In this document: positions 1 to 10,055 of the stretch, piece after piece
Position numbering within the stretch: the first letter of the stretch is position 1
Layout: the number at the start of each line of letters is the position of its first letter
DNA from: Deltaproteobacteria bacterium
GTDB taxonomy: Bacteria > UBA10199 > JACPAL01 > GCA-016699445
NCBI GenBank assembly: GCA_016699445.1
Contig: CP064976.1
Coordinates: 1,897,125 to 1,961,124 of the forward strand
Length of the DNA: 64,000 nt
Direction: 5' to 3'
Notes under the pieces: generated by a model
What the model saw: the letters and a program-made list of their open reading frames with translations, nothing else
Databases searched by the model: none
Told to the model about the DNA's origin: nothing
Program-made: the position numbers and the translations under genes

Positions 1-318
1 AATCTGACCGTTGATCCAAACATAATTCATTTTCATCACAACCTTTTGACATGGGTTGCCGATAACATCAACATGAAGACACTAGAACAAGCCCCGCGAT
101 CCTTTTGGCTCTCCATCATTTTGGCAGGTGAAGTGGTTGGATTGACCATTTTTAAACCGATTTGGATTTTTAATCTTTTCCTGGTGGGGCGACTGGTCTT
201 GGATTTTGTGGTGCCAGGTTATTTTATGCCACTGAAAGACCAACGTTTTAATCCACAAAAACTCCCCACACGAGCTCCTGTTCATATGAGCTCTCATAAA
301 TCTGTAGGATTAGGCTAA
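1..318 (+). CDS. 3' end of a gene that starts upstream of the window; hydrophobic, membrane-like C-terminus
   Basis: The frame is open from base 1 to a stop at 316-318. The ORF track reports only the TTG at 46. The product is hydrophobic with no recognisable family. It overlaps the 3' end of pabB convergently. Confidence 0.3.
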   Translation, partial: NLTVDPNIIHFHHNLLTWVADNINMKTLEQAPRSFWLSIILAGEVVGLTIFKPIWIFNLFLVGRLVLDFVVPGYFMPLKDQRFNPQKLPTRAPVHMSSHKSVGLG

Positions 319-1529
319 AGCTTCCATCATCCCTTTGGCTTTGACGAGAGTTTCCTGATATTCAGCTTCAGGAACAGAATCCATCACAATTCCTCCTCCC
401 GCATAATAATAAGCTTTTTGATTTTTTAGAATCATTGTCCTTATTGCAATATTGAACTGAGCTTTTTGCCCACGACTGACATAGCCAATGGAGCCACAAT
501 AAACATTGCGAGGGTGTGGTTCTAGAGCTTGGATGATCTCAATAGCCTTTTGCTTTGGAGCTCCTGTGATAGACCCTCCAGGAAAGAGGGCGCGAATGAC
601 ATCGGCTATTTGAATTTCTTTTCGAAGAGATCCTCTGATTTCTGAAACCTGATGATGTTGGTGGGCATAGGACTCAATGGACGTCAGTTTCGAGACATGA
701 ATGCTCCCTGGTTGGCAGATTTTCCCCAAATCATTTCGCTCTAAATCTGTAATCATCAGGAGCTCGGCGTGATCCTTGGTGTTTGTTTGCAAGTCTTGCT
801 TAAGGCTCTCATCTTCGGCTTTTGTTTGGCCTCGGGCGCGAGTTCCTTTGATAGGGCGTGTGACAATGTCTGAACCATTGAGGCTAAAAAACATTCTGGT
901 GAAGAAGAGAGTATCTGAAGATCTCCCAGGTTGAGGTAGGCTGCATAAGGAGCTGGATTCGTCAGGCATAGTTTTCGATAGAGTTGGTAAGGATCTCCTT
1001 TGAAATCAGATTCAAAGCGTTGGGCTAAATTGACTTGATAACAATCGCCCATTTCCAGGTGATGTTTAATTTTGAAAAATGCTTTTTGGTAATCACTTTT
1101 TGTAAAATTGGGAGTACAGGCAAAGTGAGTCTCCGCTTTAGTTGGGTTAAATACGGGTATTGGGGAAGGGGATTGGTTAAGGTGGTCATAAATATCAAAT
1201 TGATCGTAATAACCAAACCACCAGAGTGGTGTTAAATCAGGAGTGCGTTGAGGGCTTTTGCAAGGGTTTTTAAATGATGACAGAGTATGAGCTTCATAGC
1301 TGAAAAACCCAATCCATCCTCCATGAAAGGGTGATGTGGGTGCATCATTGGGTAAATCGGTTTCATAGGTTTTGTTCAGAGCTTCCCACAGATCACTTTC
1401 TGTATGTGTGGTAGAAGATATGATTTTAGAAGGGGCTGCGGCAGCGATCGTATGATGTGACTCTTGTGACACCAGGCTGGATTCTAGCAAAACCGAATTT
1501 TTTTCAGAAAAATTATTCAAAAACATCAA
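310..1529 (-). pseudogene. pabB: aminodeoxychorismate synthase / anthranilate synthase component I family (PabB-like, ~450 aa), frameshifted in this assembly
   Basis: Two ORFs, 756..1529 and 310..969, overlap in different frames. The N-terminal part carries the SPE(C/R)FL motif. The C-terminal part carries TRPIKGT and the chorismate-binding C-terminus (GGGIV, EYQE). The frames rejoin if the A6 run at 886-891 (T6 on the coding strand) is 7 long. Confidence 0.75.
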
Positions 1530-1748
1530 AAATAAATGATCCTATTACTATAACTATTTCAATAAGATAAAGAGGCCGCTCAAAAAATATAAAAATAATG
1601 GATAAGTTTTTAAAAAAAAGAAGAAACTTTTTAGCCTCTCTGACGATAATAAGTATGTCCCCAAAGACACTAACTAGCTAAATGTTGGTGGAGCGAGGGG
1701 AAAGGAGAAATGCTCCACTGCCCAATCCCCCATCTCCTTTCCCAAACT

Positions 1749-1786
1749 AAAGCCCTGTACCGAAAGGTACGGGGCTTTTTTATTTG
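1749..1786. terminator. hairpin with flanking T/A runs directly after the rlmE stop; possible bidirectional terminator
   Basis: AGCCCTGTACC-GAAA-GGTACGGGGCT is followed by TTTTTTATTT on the plus strand. On the minus strand (rlmE transcript) the U tract is weaker (UUUAGUUU). Confidence 0.45.
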
Positions 1787-2370
1787 TATCCCTTAGCTAC
1801 CATATAAACTTCTGTGGAAGTGATGCGGGTGGATTCTGGGATGAAGTCTTTGACTTGAGTGAAGGAGTCTCGAAGCTGTTTGCGGAAAGTTTCCATTTCA
1901 GGACCAGGAAAAATTTTGGCGACAAAGGCCCCACCTTTTTTGAGAATCTTTTGAGCCATCACAAAAGCTTGGTAGGAAAGTTCATAAGAATCATTTTGAT
2001 CCCGAAATTTTACACCTGAAATATGTGGCGCCATATCGGAGACGACAGTATCGGCAGAAGTGCCAAAATGATTTAAGATGTCTTGCTGAGTACTTTCTTC
2101 GAGAATATTTCCTTTGAGCAGCTGGATATTTTTTTGAGGAAACTGTGAAACGTCTTCGATATCTACCCCAATCACTTTTCCGGCAGTCCCTATAATATCC
2201 GAAATCACTTGAAGCCACGCTCCGGGAGCGCAACCAAGATCAACGACATTCATGCCGGGTTTAATGATTTGAAATCGTCTATTAATTTCCTGGATTTTAT
2301 AAGCCGCCCGGGAACGAAAGCCTTCTTCTTTAGCTTTTTTATAAAATTTATCTTTTCGATTATAGTGCAT
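1780..2370 (-). CDS. rlmE: 23S rRNA (uridine2552-2'-O)-methyltransferase RlmE/FtsJ
   Basis: Full-length FtsJ fold: RSRAAYKIQEI, SAM-binding VDLGCAPGAW, VVSDMAP. 196 aa. Confidence 0.9.
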   Translation of the reverse strand: MHYNRKDKFYKKAKEEGFRSRAAYKIQEINRRFQIIKPGMNVVDLGCAPGAWLQVISDIIGTAGKVIGVDIEDVSQFPQKNIQLLKGNILEESTQQDILNHFGTSADTVVSDMAPHISGVKFRDQNDSYELSYQAFVMAQKILKKGGAFVAKIFPGPEMETFRKQLRDSFTQVKDFIPESTRITSTEVYMVAKGYK

Positions 2371-2391
2371 GGGGGAATGAGAATAGAAGAA

Positions 2392-3003
2392 TTAGAAAAG
2401 AGAAAAATTAGTAGGAGGTTCTGGATCTTTCCATTCCACAGCCACTTCTTTTTTTGTGGATCCATCTTTTGACCAGTAAAATACGCGACCATTCTGTTTG
2501 CCAAACTCATATACTTCCATGGTGAGGCGTACATCATCGAGACAATATTTTTTCAGCTTCTCCATTTGTCCTGTGCGGTAATATTCGATGGCATCAAGAC
2601 CGCTGCCACTTTTGCCGACATTGAGTGTGGCTGAAGCGACACTCTGTAAGCTCACGCGATGACCCAAAAGTCTTTCGAGATCATCCATGATATCAAAGAT
2701 GGCAATGTCTGCGAGCTTGATGTGTTTCATGTAGGGTTGGAGCACGACAAAATCAAAACGACGAATATTAAATCCAATGACGCGAGTGACCAGTGAGATT
2801 TGTTGCTCAAGCTCGGCTATCTGATTTTCTTCATAAATGACGTAGCGATTTCCTTCGTAAAAATAAGTGCCAATGACTGTGACTCCGAGTTCGGCAGCTC
2901 CGCGACCACCTACTTCTTGGAAAGTTTTTTTCGTTTCGAGATCTAGAACAATCTGATTGGCTGGCATGGGCGTGGGGATAGTGGAGAGATGTTTTGAGGT
3001 CAA
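2392..3003 (-). CDS. standalone 3'-5' exonuclease, DEDDy type (RNase H-like superfamily)
   Basis: Exo I LDLETKK, Exo II GFNIRRFDFVVL, Exo III YCLDDV (Y-x3-D). 203 aa with no other domain. Confidence 0.55.
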   Translation of the reverse strand: MTSKHLSTIPTPMPANQIVLDLETKKTFQEVGGRGAAELGVTVIGTYFYEGNRYVIYEENQIAELEQQISLVTRVIGFNIRRFDFVVLQPYMKHIKLADIAIFDIMDDLERLLGHRVSLQSVASATLNVGKSGSGLDAIEYYRTGQMEKLKKYCLDDVRLTMEVYEFGKQNGRVFYWSKDGSTKKEVAVEWKDPEPPTNFSLF

Positions 3004-3032
3004 TCAGGAATTCTCGTTTGCTCATACTCGTA

Positions 3033-3056
3033 AATTATCTATAGCTATAGATAATT
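3033..3056. promoter_or_regulatory. 24-bp perfect palindrome (AATTATCTATAGCTATAGATAATT), 39 bp upstream of the first COG1373 ATPase gene
   Basis: Read directly from the sequence. The reverse complement is identical. It sits in an AT-rich 90-bp leader and looks like a candidate operator. Confidence 0.4.
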
Positions 3057-3094
3057 TTATTGTAAAAAGTCTGTACGTATGTATATTTTACGAG

Positions 3095-4327
3095 ATGTCA
3101 ATTCCTCGTTTATTACAGTCACAATTCCCTCATTTTTTAGGAAAATTAATTTTTATTTATGGTCCCAGGCAGGTGGGTAAGACGTTTATTATTACCGAAT
3201 ATTTTAAGCCGGACTGGCATTTAAATATGGATATAGCCGAAGATCGAAAGATTTTTAGAGAGTTTCCCAGTCGACTAAAAAATTGGATAGAGACACAGGT
3301 AGGTCTAAAAAAAACGATTTCATTTAAAGATAGAAAAGTCGTTTTTATTGATGAAGTTCATAAGGTAAAAGGCTGGAGAAATCTTTTGAAAGGGGCTTTT
3401 GATCAATCAGGGCATCTTGTTCAGTTGGTAGCTTCAGGGTCATCCGCTGTACAGCTTAGAAAGCAGGATCAAGGGGATAGTTTGGCTGGCCGTGCCGCAT
3501 GGCTTGAGATGACACCGGTTACTTTTCGCGAATATGTTTTGAGTCGGATGGATATTAAATTGCCTCCTGTCTGGAATTTTCAAAAAGATCTTTTGAGTGA
3601 TCATGTGCGTAAAGTGCTCCCTTTTCAAAAAGAGCTGAGACTTCATTGGGAAAATTTTAGCCGCTTCGGGAGTTTCCCTGATAATCTTGTCAGTCAATCT
3701 CAGGAATTTTATTCTCAATGGTTAAAAGATTATACGCAGGCCATGCTAGAAAGAGATTTGAAGGATCTTCATATGGCTCGAGATGTGGATCGGGTTCATC
3801 ATGTTTTTGAATTGTTGCTTGAAGGTGTTGTGACTCCCTATGCGATACGAAGTATCGCTCAGGCTTTAGAAGTATCTCCAGATACAATTAAAAAAGATAT
3901 TCGAGCGATTCAGACGGTTATGTGGGGCAGTGATGTTGAAACATCGCACCTGTCCCGATCTCGGCAAATAAGAAAAGAAAAAAAGTTTTACCCGTCTGAT
4001 TGGTGTTTTTTGGATTATGTACTTCCTCAAGCGGAAGGTGCACGCTTTGAGTGTCAGGTGGTGAATCTTTTCCAAAGAACAACAGCCAAGCAATGCATGG
4101 GGTATTATAGGGATTATGAAAAAAGAGAAGTCGATGTGGTGATTCGTGATCGTAAGAACATTTATTTGGCAGCAGAAGTGAAAACAAAGCCTGCAAGCAA
4201 TCACCTCTCTTATTTCGTCAGACAATTTTCACCACGTGAAGCTTTTCTAATTGTTGAAGCTCCTGGAATTTTTGAAAAGAGAGATGATTATTTCGTCGTG
4301 AGCGCTGAGCTCTTGGCTGTGCTTTAA
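3095..4327 (+). CDS. COG1373 family protein: AAA+ ATPase with C-terminal DUF4143 (predicted PD-(D/E)xK-like), paralog 1
   Basis: Walker A GPRQVGKTF and Walker B VVFIDEV. The C-terminal EVDVVI ... AAEVK block is typical of DUF4143. The start was moved to the ATG at 3095; the ORF-track start at 2957 overlaps the upstream gene. Confidence 0.8.
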   Translation: MSIPRLLQSQFPHFLGKLIFIYGPRQVGKTFIITEYFKPDWHLNMDIAEDRKIFREFPSRLKNWIETQVGLKKTISFKDRKVVFIDEVHKVKGWRNLLKGAFDQSGHLVQLVASGSSAVQLRKQDQGDSLAGRAAWLEMTPVTFREYVLSRMDIKLPPVWNFQKDLLSDHVRKVLPFQKELRLHWENFSRFGSFPDNLVSQSQEFYSQWLKDYTQAMLERDLKDLHMARDVDRVHHVFELLLEGVVTPYAIRSIAQALEVSPDTIKKDIRAIQTVMWGSDVETSHLSRSRQIRKEKKFYPSDWCFLDYVLPQAEGARFECQVVNLFQRTTAKQCMGYYRDYEKREVDVVIRDRKNIYLAAEVKTKPASNHLSYFVRQFSPREAFLIVEAPGIFEKRDDYFVVSAELLAVL

Positions 4328-4503
4328 TCCATTACTGCCAAGCCCGTAGTTTAAACGACATCCCAAGAGGGATTTCCCTACGGACGACTGTACTAAAAGG
4401 GCGCATATGTAGACTGATTGGCGCCCTGTCAGTATAAAAAATGAAGTCATTCATGAGGTTCCCGTGGACACTCTGTCTCGAGATAGGTACCATATAGGTA
4501 TTA

Positions 4504-4929
4504 ATGATGGTTTCCAAAACCTACTACGTTGATACCACGAAAAGTATCGACATCTTATTGATCAGCCATGAAATCAGACGTCTTGTACAGGAAACTCGTC
4601 CCGAAATTGGGCAGGTGAGTGTTATTGTTCCATTTCCAGGGGCTGGATTGGCTGTTTTTGATAAAGATGTCTCTCGAGAAGTATTGGTTAAAGAATTAGC
4701 TCCTTATCTTAAGAATCAACTCATTCACGTCTTACTTCCTAAATCCATGACACTCTTGATTGAGAAAGGGAAGCTGGCGAATGATCCCTGGCAGGATATT
4801 TTTCTTATTGATTATGACACGTCGAGTCGCAGACGTGAGTTTCGTGTATTTTCAGAAACGGCGGCAGCAGCTGGCAAACCGGGTGCACCAGGCAACCCTA
4901 TGCCACCGCCACAACCAGGAGGCCGTTAA
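4504..4929 (+). CDS. YjbQ/UPF0047 family protein (secondary thiamine-phosphate synthase-like) with a Pro/Gly/Ala-rich tail
   Basis: The G(K)L..(D)PWQ.I.L.(D)YD...R block resembles the conserved YjbQ C-terminal motif. This is a weak family call. Confidence 0.45.
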   Translation: MMVSKTYYVDTTKSIDILLISHEIRRLVQETRPEIGQVSVIVPFPGAGLAVFDKDVSREVLVKELAPYLKNQLIHVLLPKSMTLLIEKGKLANDPWQDIFLIDYDTSSRRREFRVFSETAAAAGKPGAPGNPMPPPQPGGR

Positions 4930-5967
4930 ATGAGTCAAAAGGCAAATGTCATGGATAAAGTTTTGGAAAAAGAAAAGTCCCATGTCACCCGATTGCGTTT
5001 TGATGATAACAACCTGGCTCGTGATCTCTTCGGTATTCAAGATCAGCATTTAAAGTCGATTGAAAAGAAGCTCGGTGTTCGTATTGATGTGCGCGGAACC
5101 GACGTCAGTATTCATGGTGAAAATCACCAAACCCAGCTGGTCGAAAAAATATTGCTGGAACTCTACAGCATGCTCAAAAAAGGACATCCAGTATTTTTGT
5201 CAGATTTGGAACGTGTCATTCGAATTTTTTCTTCCAATAAAGAAGCGACTCTACAAGATTTTTTAGCGGATTCTATTTACCTACCGAGCAAGCATAAAAT
5301 GTTAGTCCCCAAGACTCCGAATCAAAGAGCCTACATGGATGCCATTAAGACTCACGATCTCGTATTTGGAATGGGTCCTGCGGGTACGGGTAAGTCTTAT
5401 CTTGCCGTTGCCATGGCCGTGATGGCTTTGATGAAAAAAGAAGTCAGCCGCATTATTCTTGCGCGTCCAGCGGTTGAAGCTGGAGAGAAACTGGGTTTTT
5501 TACCTGGAGATATGATGGAGAAGGTCAGTCCTTACCTGCGTCCATTGTATGATGCTCTTTATGATATGCTCGATAATGAAAAAATAAAACATATGATGGA
5601 AACAGGGGTGATTGAGATAGCTCCGTTAGCTTATATGCGTGGACGTACTTTAAATGGGTCGTTTATTATTTTGGATGAAGCTCAAAACTGTACGAGTGAG
5701 CAGATGAAAATGTTTTTGACGCGCCTGGGATTAGACTCTAAGGCCGTCGTCACCGGAGACGTGACTCAGGTGGATTTGCCAGCGGGGAAGATGTCGGGTT
5801 TGGTGGATTCAGAAAGAATTTTAAAAGGCATACCAGGGATTTCGTTTCATTATTTTACAGGAGATGATGTGGTGAGACATCCTTTGGTGACTGAAATTGT
5901 GAAAGCTTATGAAAATACTCAAAATGCTAAGCAGCGTTCTCTCCAGTTTGTTCGCAGCAACGAATAA
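4930..5967 (+). CDS. phoH: PhoH family ATPase with N-terminal KH domain (PhoH/YbeZ)
   Basis: Walker A GPAGTGKSYLAVA, DEAQN and the characteristic PhoH C-terminus. It is first in the conserved phoH / 7TM-HD / ybeY arrangement. Confidence 0.9.
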   Translation: MSQKANVMDKVLEKEKSHVTRLRFDDNNLARDLFGIQDQHLKSIEKKLGVRIDVRGTDVSIHGENHQTQLVEKILLELYSMLKKGHPVFLSDLERVIRIFSSNKEATLQDFLADSIYLPSKHKMLVPKTPNQRAYMDAIKTHDLVFGMGPAGTGKSYLAVAMAVMALMKKEVSRIILARPAVEAGEKLGFLPGDMMEKVSPYLRPLYDALYDMLDNEKIKHMMETGVIEIAPLAYMRGRTLNGSFIILDEAQNCTSEQMKMFLTRLGLDSKAVVTGDVTQVDLPAGKMSGLVDSERILKGIPGISFHYFTGDDVVRHPLVTEIVKAYENTQNAKQRSLQFVRSNE

Positions 5968-5976
5968 GAAAATAGT

Positions 5977-8126
5977 ATGAAAGAAAAAATACTCGAATTT
6001 ATTGAAAAAAATAAATTTTGGACACGTGTTGTTGGAATTCTTCTTTTCTCCTTTCTGACATCCTTTGCGATGAATGTGACCTGGTCCGAGATCCCGTCGG
6101 ATTTGGAGGTGGGCAAGATTGCACGACAGGATTATCACGCAGATAAGGATTATGAGATTATTGATCATGAAGAAACCGACAAGCTTAAAGATCAAGCCGT
6201 CGAGGATGTGATTCCCGTTTTTGATTGGGATGAAGATCTGGAAGATCTGCTGGATGAAAAGATTGTGGAATCCAGAAGTGTTTTGGAGCCTTGGCAAAAA
6301 ACAGGAATTTTGATTCGCAATATCCATGATTTAAATAAACCTAAAATTCTCATCAAAGATCTCGATTCGATTTTATCGCTGGAGGAAGCCCGAAAGATGA
6401 AGCGGATCAAGGTTGGAAACAATCAAGAGCTTCGAGCCAATCTTTTCTTTAACGAAGATGAGTATCAGGAGATGCAGGATAAAGCTGCTGATTCTGTCAT
6501 GCCCATTATCATTAAGGTGCAAGCTGGTGAATCTATTATTCGAAATGGAGATCGCTTTGAGGCGCGGCATCTTAAAATCCTCAATGGTATTCGTGAGGAG
6601 AGAGAGTTGTTTTTTGGAAAGAGCCGCACCTTTGGTTCTTTTTTCTTTGTTTCGTTATTTATCGGCATCTTTCTTTTTGTTTTTGAAAAAACATCTTTCA
6701 AGATGCGTTTGAAAGATAAGGATTTGGCTTTTTTAGGAACCTTGCTCATTTTATTTATCGTGCTTGAAAGAAGTTCTATTATTATCAGTAATTCCACTCG
6801 AGGTTTTCTACCATTTTCGATGTCTCTTTCGGATTTTTATCCAGCCATTCCTATTGCAGCTGCAGCTATGATTGCGCGTTTGATGTTGCCGGTCCCTGTG
6901 GCTCTCTTTTTTGCTCCTATTTTAGCGGCTTTTGCGAGTTTGGTATTACAAAGTGATTTGTCGATGATGCTCTATTATCTTTCAGGCGGGATGATGGGGA
7001 TTTGTTGGGTCAAAGGTGTCAAAACCCGAAGCCAAATTTTAAAAGTGGGTTTATGGCTTGGAGGTCTAAATGTTTTATCACTCTCAGCCATAGATTTCTT
7101 TTATATGAATTCTAGTTTGAGTTTGATGTCTCCTTTGGAGCTGGGCATGAAGTTGCTCTTTGCTTTTTTAGGAGGTCCGCTAGCGTCTATTTTTGTTTTA
7201 ATTTTAAGCCCGATTTTTGAAAATCTTTTAATTACCTGACTCCAATTAAGCTGATTGAATATGGAAGTCTGAATCACCCTCTGCTGCGCGATATGATTGT
7301 ACAGGCCCCAGGCACTTATCATCATAGTCATATGGTGGGAACGTTGGCAGAATCTGCCTGTGCAGCGATTGGGGCGGATTCTCTTTTCGCCCGCGTGGCT
7401 TGTTATTTTCATGATATAGGAAAGATGAAAAAATCGGGATATTTTATTGAAAATATGCCGATTGGTGAAGATCGACATGCGATTTTAAGTCCTTCGATGA
7501 GTGCCTTGATTATTGTTTCTCATGTGAAGGATGGAATTGAATTGGCCAAAGAACATAAACTCCCGCAGAAGATTATTGATATTATTCCTCAACATCAGGG
7601 TACAAAACTCATCAGTTATTTTTTCAATAAAGCAAAAGAAAATGAAAACAAGGATCTGCATGTCGCTGATGAGAGAGAGTTTCGATATCCAGGGCCAAAG
7701 CCGCAAACACGTGAAGCCGGAGTCATTCTTTTGGCTGATACGATTGAAGCGGCTACTCGTGCATTGAAAGATCGATCTCCAGCGCGGCTTGAAGAAGTTG
7801 TGCGCAACATGATTAATAAAAATTTTATTGATGGTCAGTTAGATGAATGTGAACTGACGCTCAAAGATCTTCATGTGATAGGAAAGAGTTTTGTACGCAT
7901 TTTGATGGGGATCTATCACAAACGCATTGAATACCCACCCGATGCCCAAGAACTCCAGGCTCGTGCACAGGTACAGCGGGTTGAAGATGAAAATGGGGGA
8001 TCGAATGCCGATAAATATAATCAACAAACACCCATCAGCTCGGAGTCACTCTCAGACTCTCTCAAAGGTGCGAAAAATTCTTCAAAACATCTCCGTCCAG
8101 TTGGCGGTGGAAAATCTGGAAATTAA
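5977..8126 (+). pseudogene. 7TM receptor with intracellular HD hydrolase domain (PgpH/YqfF family), frameshifted at the 7TM/HD junction
   Basis: 5977..7239 encodes the extracellular plus 7TM part. 7293..8126 encodes the HD domain (PLLRDMIVQAPGTYHHSHMV, YFHDIGKM). The HD frame is already open from 7221 (KSFNYLTPIKLIEYGSLNHPLL). The frames rejoin with one extra base in the T4 run at 7226-7229. The 3' end is uncertain because it overlaps ybeY. Confidence 0.75.
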
Positions 8127-8427
8127 TTTTCTCTTTGTTTCTGATCGACTGATTCATCAATGGAATAAGAAATTTCTCAATCATGATTATGTAACAGATG
8201 TGCTGGCTTTTGAGATGAAAGAAGATGGTATTTTGGGAGATGTGATTGTTTCTTTGGATACGGCTAAACGCCAAGCAAAGGAATGCGGTCATTCCTATTT
8301 AAAAGAAGTGGTGATTTTGTGTGTGCATGGGCTTCTGCATATGTTGGGATACAAAGATAAGAAAAAAAAGGATTATGAAGCCATGTGGAAAAAAACTTTT
8401 GAAGTCATGGAGTCGGTGAAGATTTAA
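8005..8427 (+). CDS. ybeY: endoribonuclease YbeY (rRNA maturation factor)
   Basis: FVSD..IHQWNKKFLNHDYVTDVLAF and the zinc motif HGLLHMLGY. The start is uncertain: an ATG at 8005 or a GTG near 8088. Confidence 0.75.
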   Translation: MPINIINKHPSARSHSQTLSKVRKILQNISVQLAVENLEINFLFVSDRLIHQWNKKFLNHDYVTDVLAFEMKEDGILGDVIVSLDTAKRQAKECGHSYLKEVVILCVHGLLHMLGYKDKKKKDYEAMWKKTFEVMESVKI

Positions 8428-10055
8428 ATGATTCTTTCGCTTCTTTCAGGTTTGATTTCTGCATTCAGTTTGCCCACTTCGTTTGGAAAACTATGGCCTG
8501 ATCTTGGGTTTTTATCCTGGTTTTCGTTGGTTCCGCTTTACCTTTCTATTCGAAAAAAAAGAGCTCAAGGTAGTTTTTTAAAAGGGTTTGTGTTTGGTGT
8601 TTTTTATTTTGGAACGTCACTTTACTGGATCACGATTGCTCTTTTCCGATATGGAGATGTGCCGTTTTTGGGGAGTGTAGGCGCTTTGATGGTCTTGTCT
8701 TGTGTTCTGTCGATTTTTACGGGTTTGATCACATATTTTTCTGTGTGGGTGCATCGTCGCGGTGGGCCTATTTTTTGGGCTTTTCCATTGAGTTGGGTGA
8801 GTTTTGAATTTTTGCGAAACTATTTTCCTTTTCAAGGATTTCCTTGGGCCAATCTGGCTTATAGTCAAAGATCTTTTGGCGAGTTGATTCAGTCGCTCGA
8901 TATTTTTGGGGTTTATGGAATTATTTTTATTATCGTCCTGATTAATGCCTCTTTGGGTGAGGTGATTTATTTTTTTATTCGAGAATGGATGGATAATGAA
9001 GAGGTTGTTGGCCACAAAAAATGGGGTTCTCCCTGGGTGGCAGTTGTTATTTCCATTTTGATGATGGTGATATTGTGTTTTTATGGAAATTTTCGTCAAA
9101 AAGAAGTGCGTGAACTCATTTCGAAAAATTCTTTTTTGCGCGTCGGTCTTGTGCAGGGCAATGTTTCCCAAGATGAAAAGTGGTTAGAAGATAATGTTGA
9201 TTCGATTATTCAAAGACACATTTTTTTATCGGAAGAGGTGCAGAAGGAAAGTCCTCAATTAATCATCTGGCCCGAGTCGTCATTTCCAACGGTTATTCCA
9301 CCGGAGAAAACAGAAATTGAACTTTTGAAAAATATCCAAGCTCCTTTGCTGATGGGAATGCTGACTTATGATGGTGTCATGCCGGATGACTGGCCGCCAC
9401 CATCACCACAATCTTATGAAGGGGAGTCGTTTCAGATGCATAATGGGGCGGCGTTGATTGGAGCGGGAGGTCATGTTCAGGCTTGGTATTTTAAAAAACA
9501 TTTAGTGCCGATGGGAGAGTATATTCCTTTTAAAAAGCTGTTTTTCTTTATGGATAAAATTGTGCCTGCTGCGAGTGATTTTGTGCCTGGAAAAGATTTT
9601 CATTTGTTAACTATCGAAAATCATTCGTTTGGTGTGACGATTTGTTATGAAGATCTTTTCCGGAAATCAGTCGTACATTCACAAAAAATGGAGCTGATTT
9701 TTTGGTTAATCTCACCAATGATGCTTGGTACGATCAATCATCGGCTCTCTATCAACATTTTGATTTTTCAAGATTTCGAGCGATTGAAAATCGCCGATCG
9801 ATGGTACGAGTGACCAATACCGGCATTTCAGGCGTCTTTAGTCCAACAGGTGACGTTATTGATTCTCTCACACCGTTTCATGAAGAGACAAAAGTGATTG
9901 CCGTTCCGCTGGTAAAAATAGAAACTTTTTATCAAAAATACGGAGACCTCTTTGCTTGGGCTTGTGTTACATTTTTAGTTTTGTTACTTGGAATTTCTTT
10001 TTTACATAAGGATGAAACATGCAGAACGATGTCAAAAGAAAGCTTGAAGATTTAA
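8428..10055 (+). pseudogene. lnt: apolipoprotein N-acyltransferase Lnt, frameshifted in this assembly
   Basis: 8428..9813 holds the membrane domain and the CN-hydrolase N-part (GLVQGNV, IIWPES, VTICYEDLF). 9702..10055 holds the C-part (LTNDAWY, RAIENRRSMVRVTNTGIS). They rejoin if the A6 run at 9683-9688 is A7. The T6 run at 9998-10003 may also be under-called, which would end lnt at a TAA just before the prfB RBS. Confidence 0.8.

Noticed and set aside
4397-4428. The hairpin AGGGCGC...GCGCCCT as a rho-independent terminator for COG1373 paralog 1.
   Set aside because: No U tract follows it on the plus strand. It is kept only as part of the structured-region observation.
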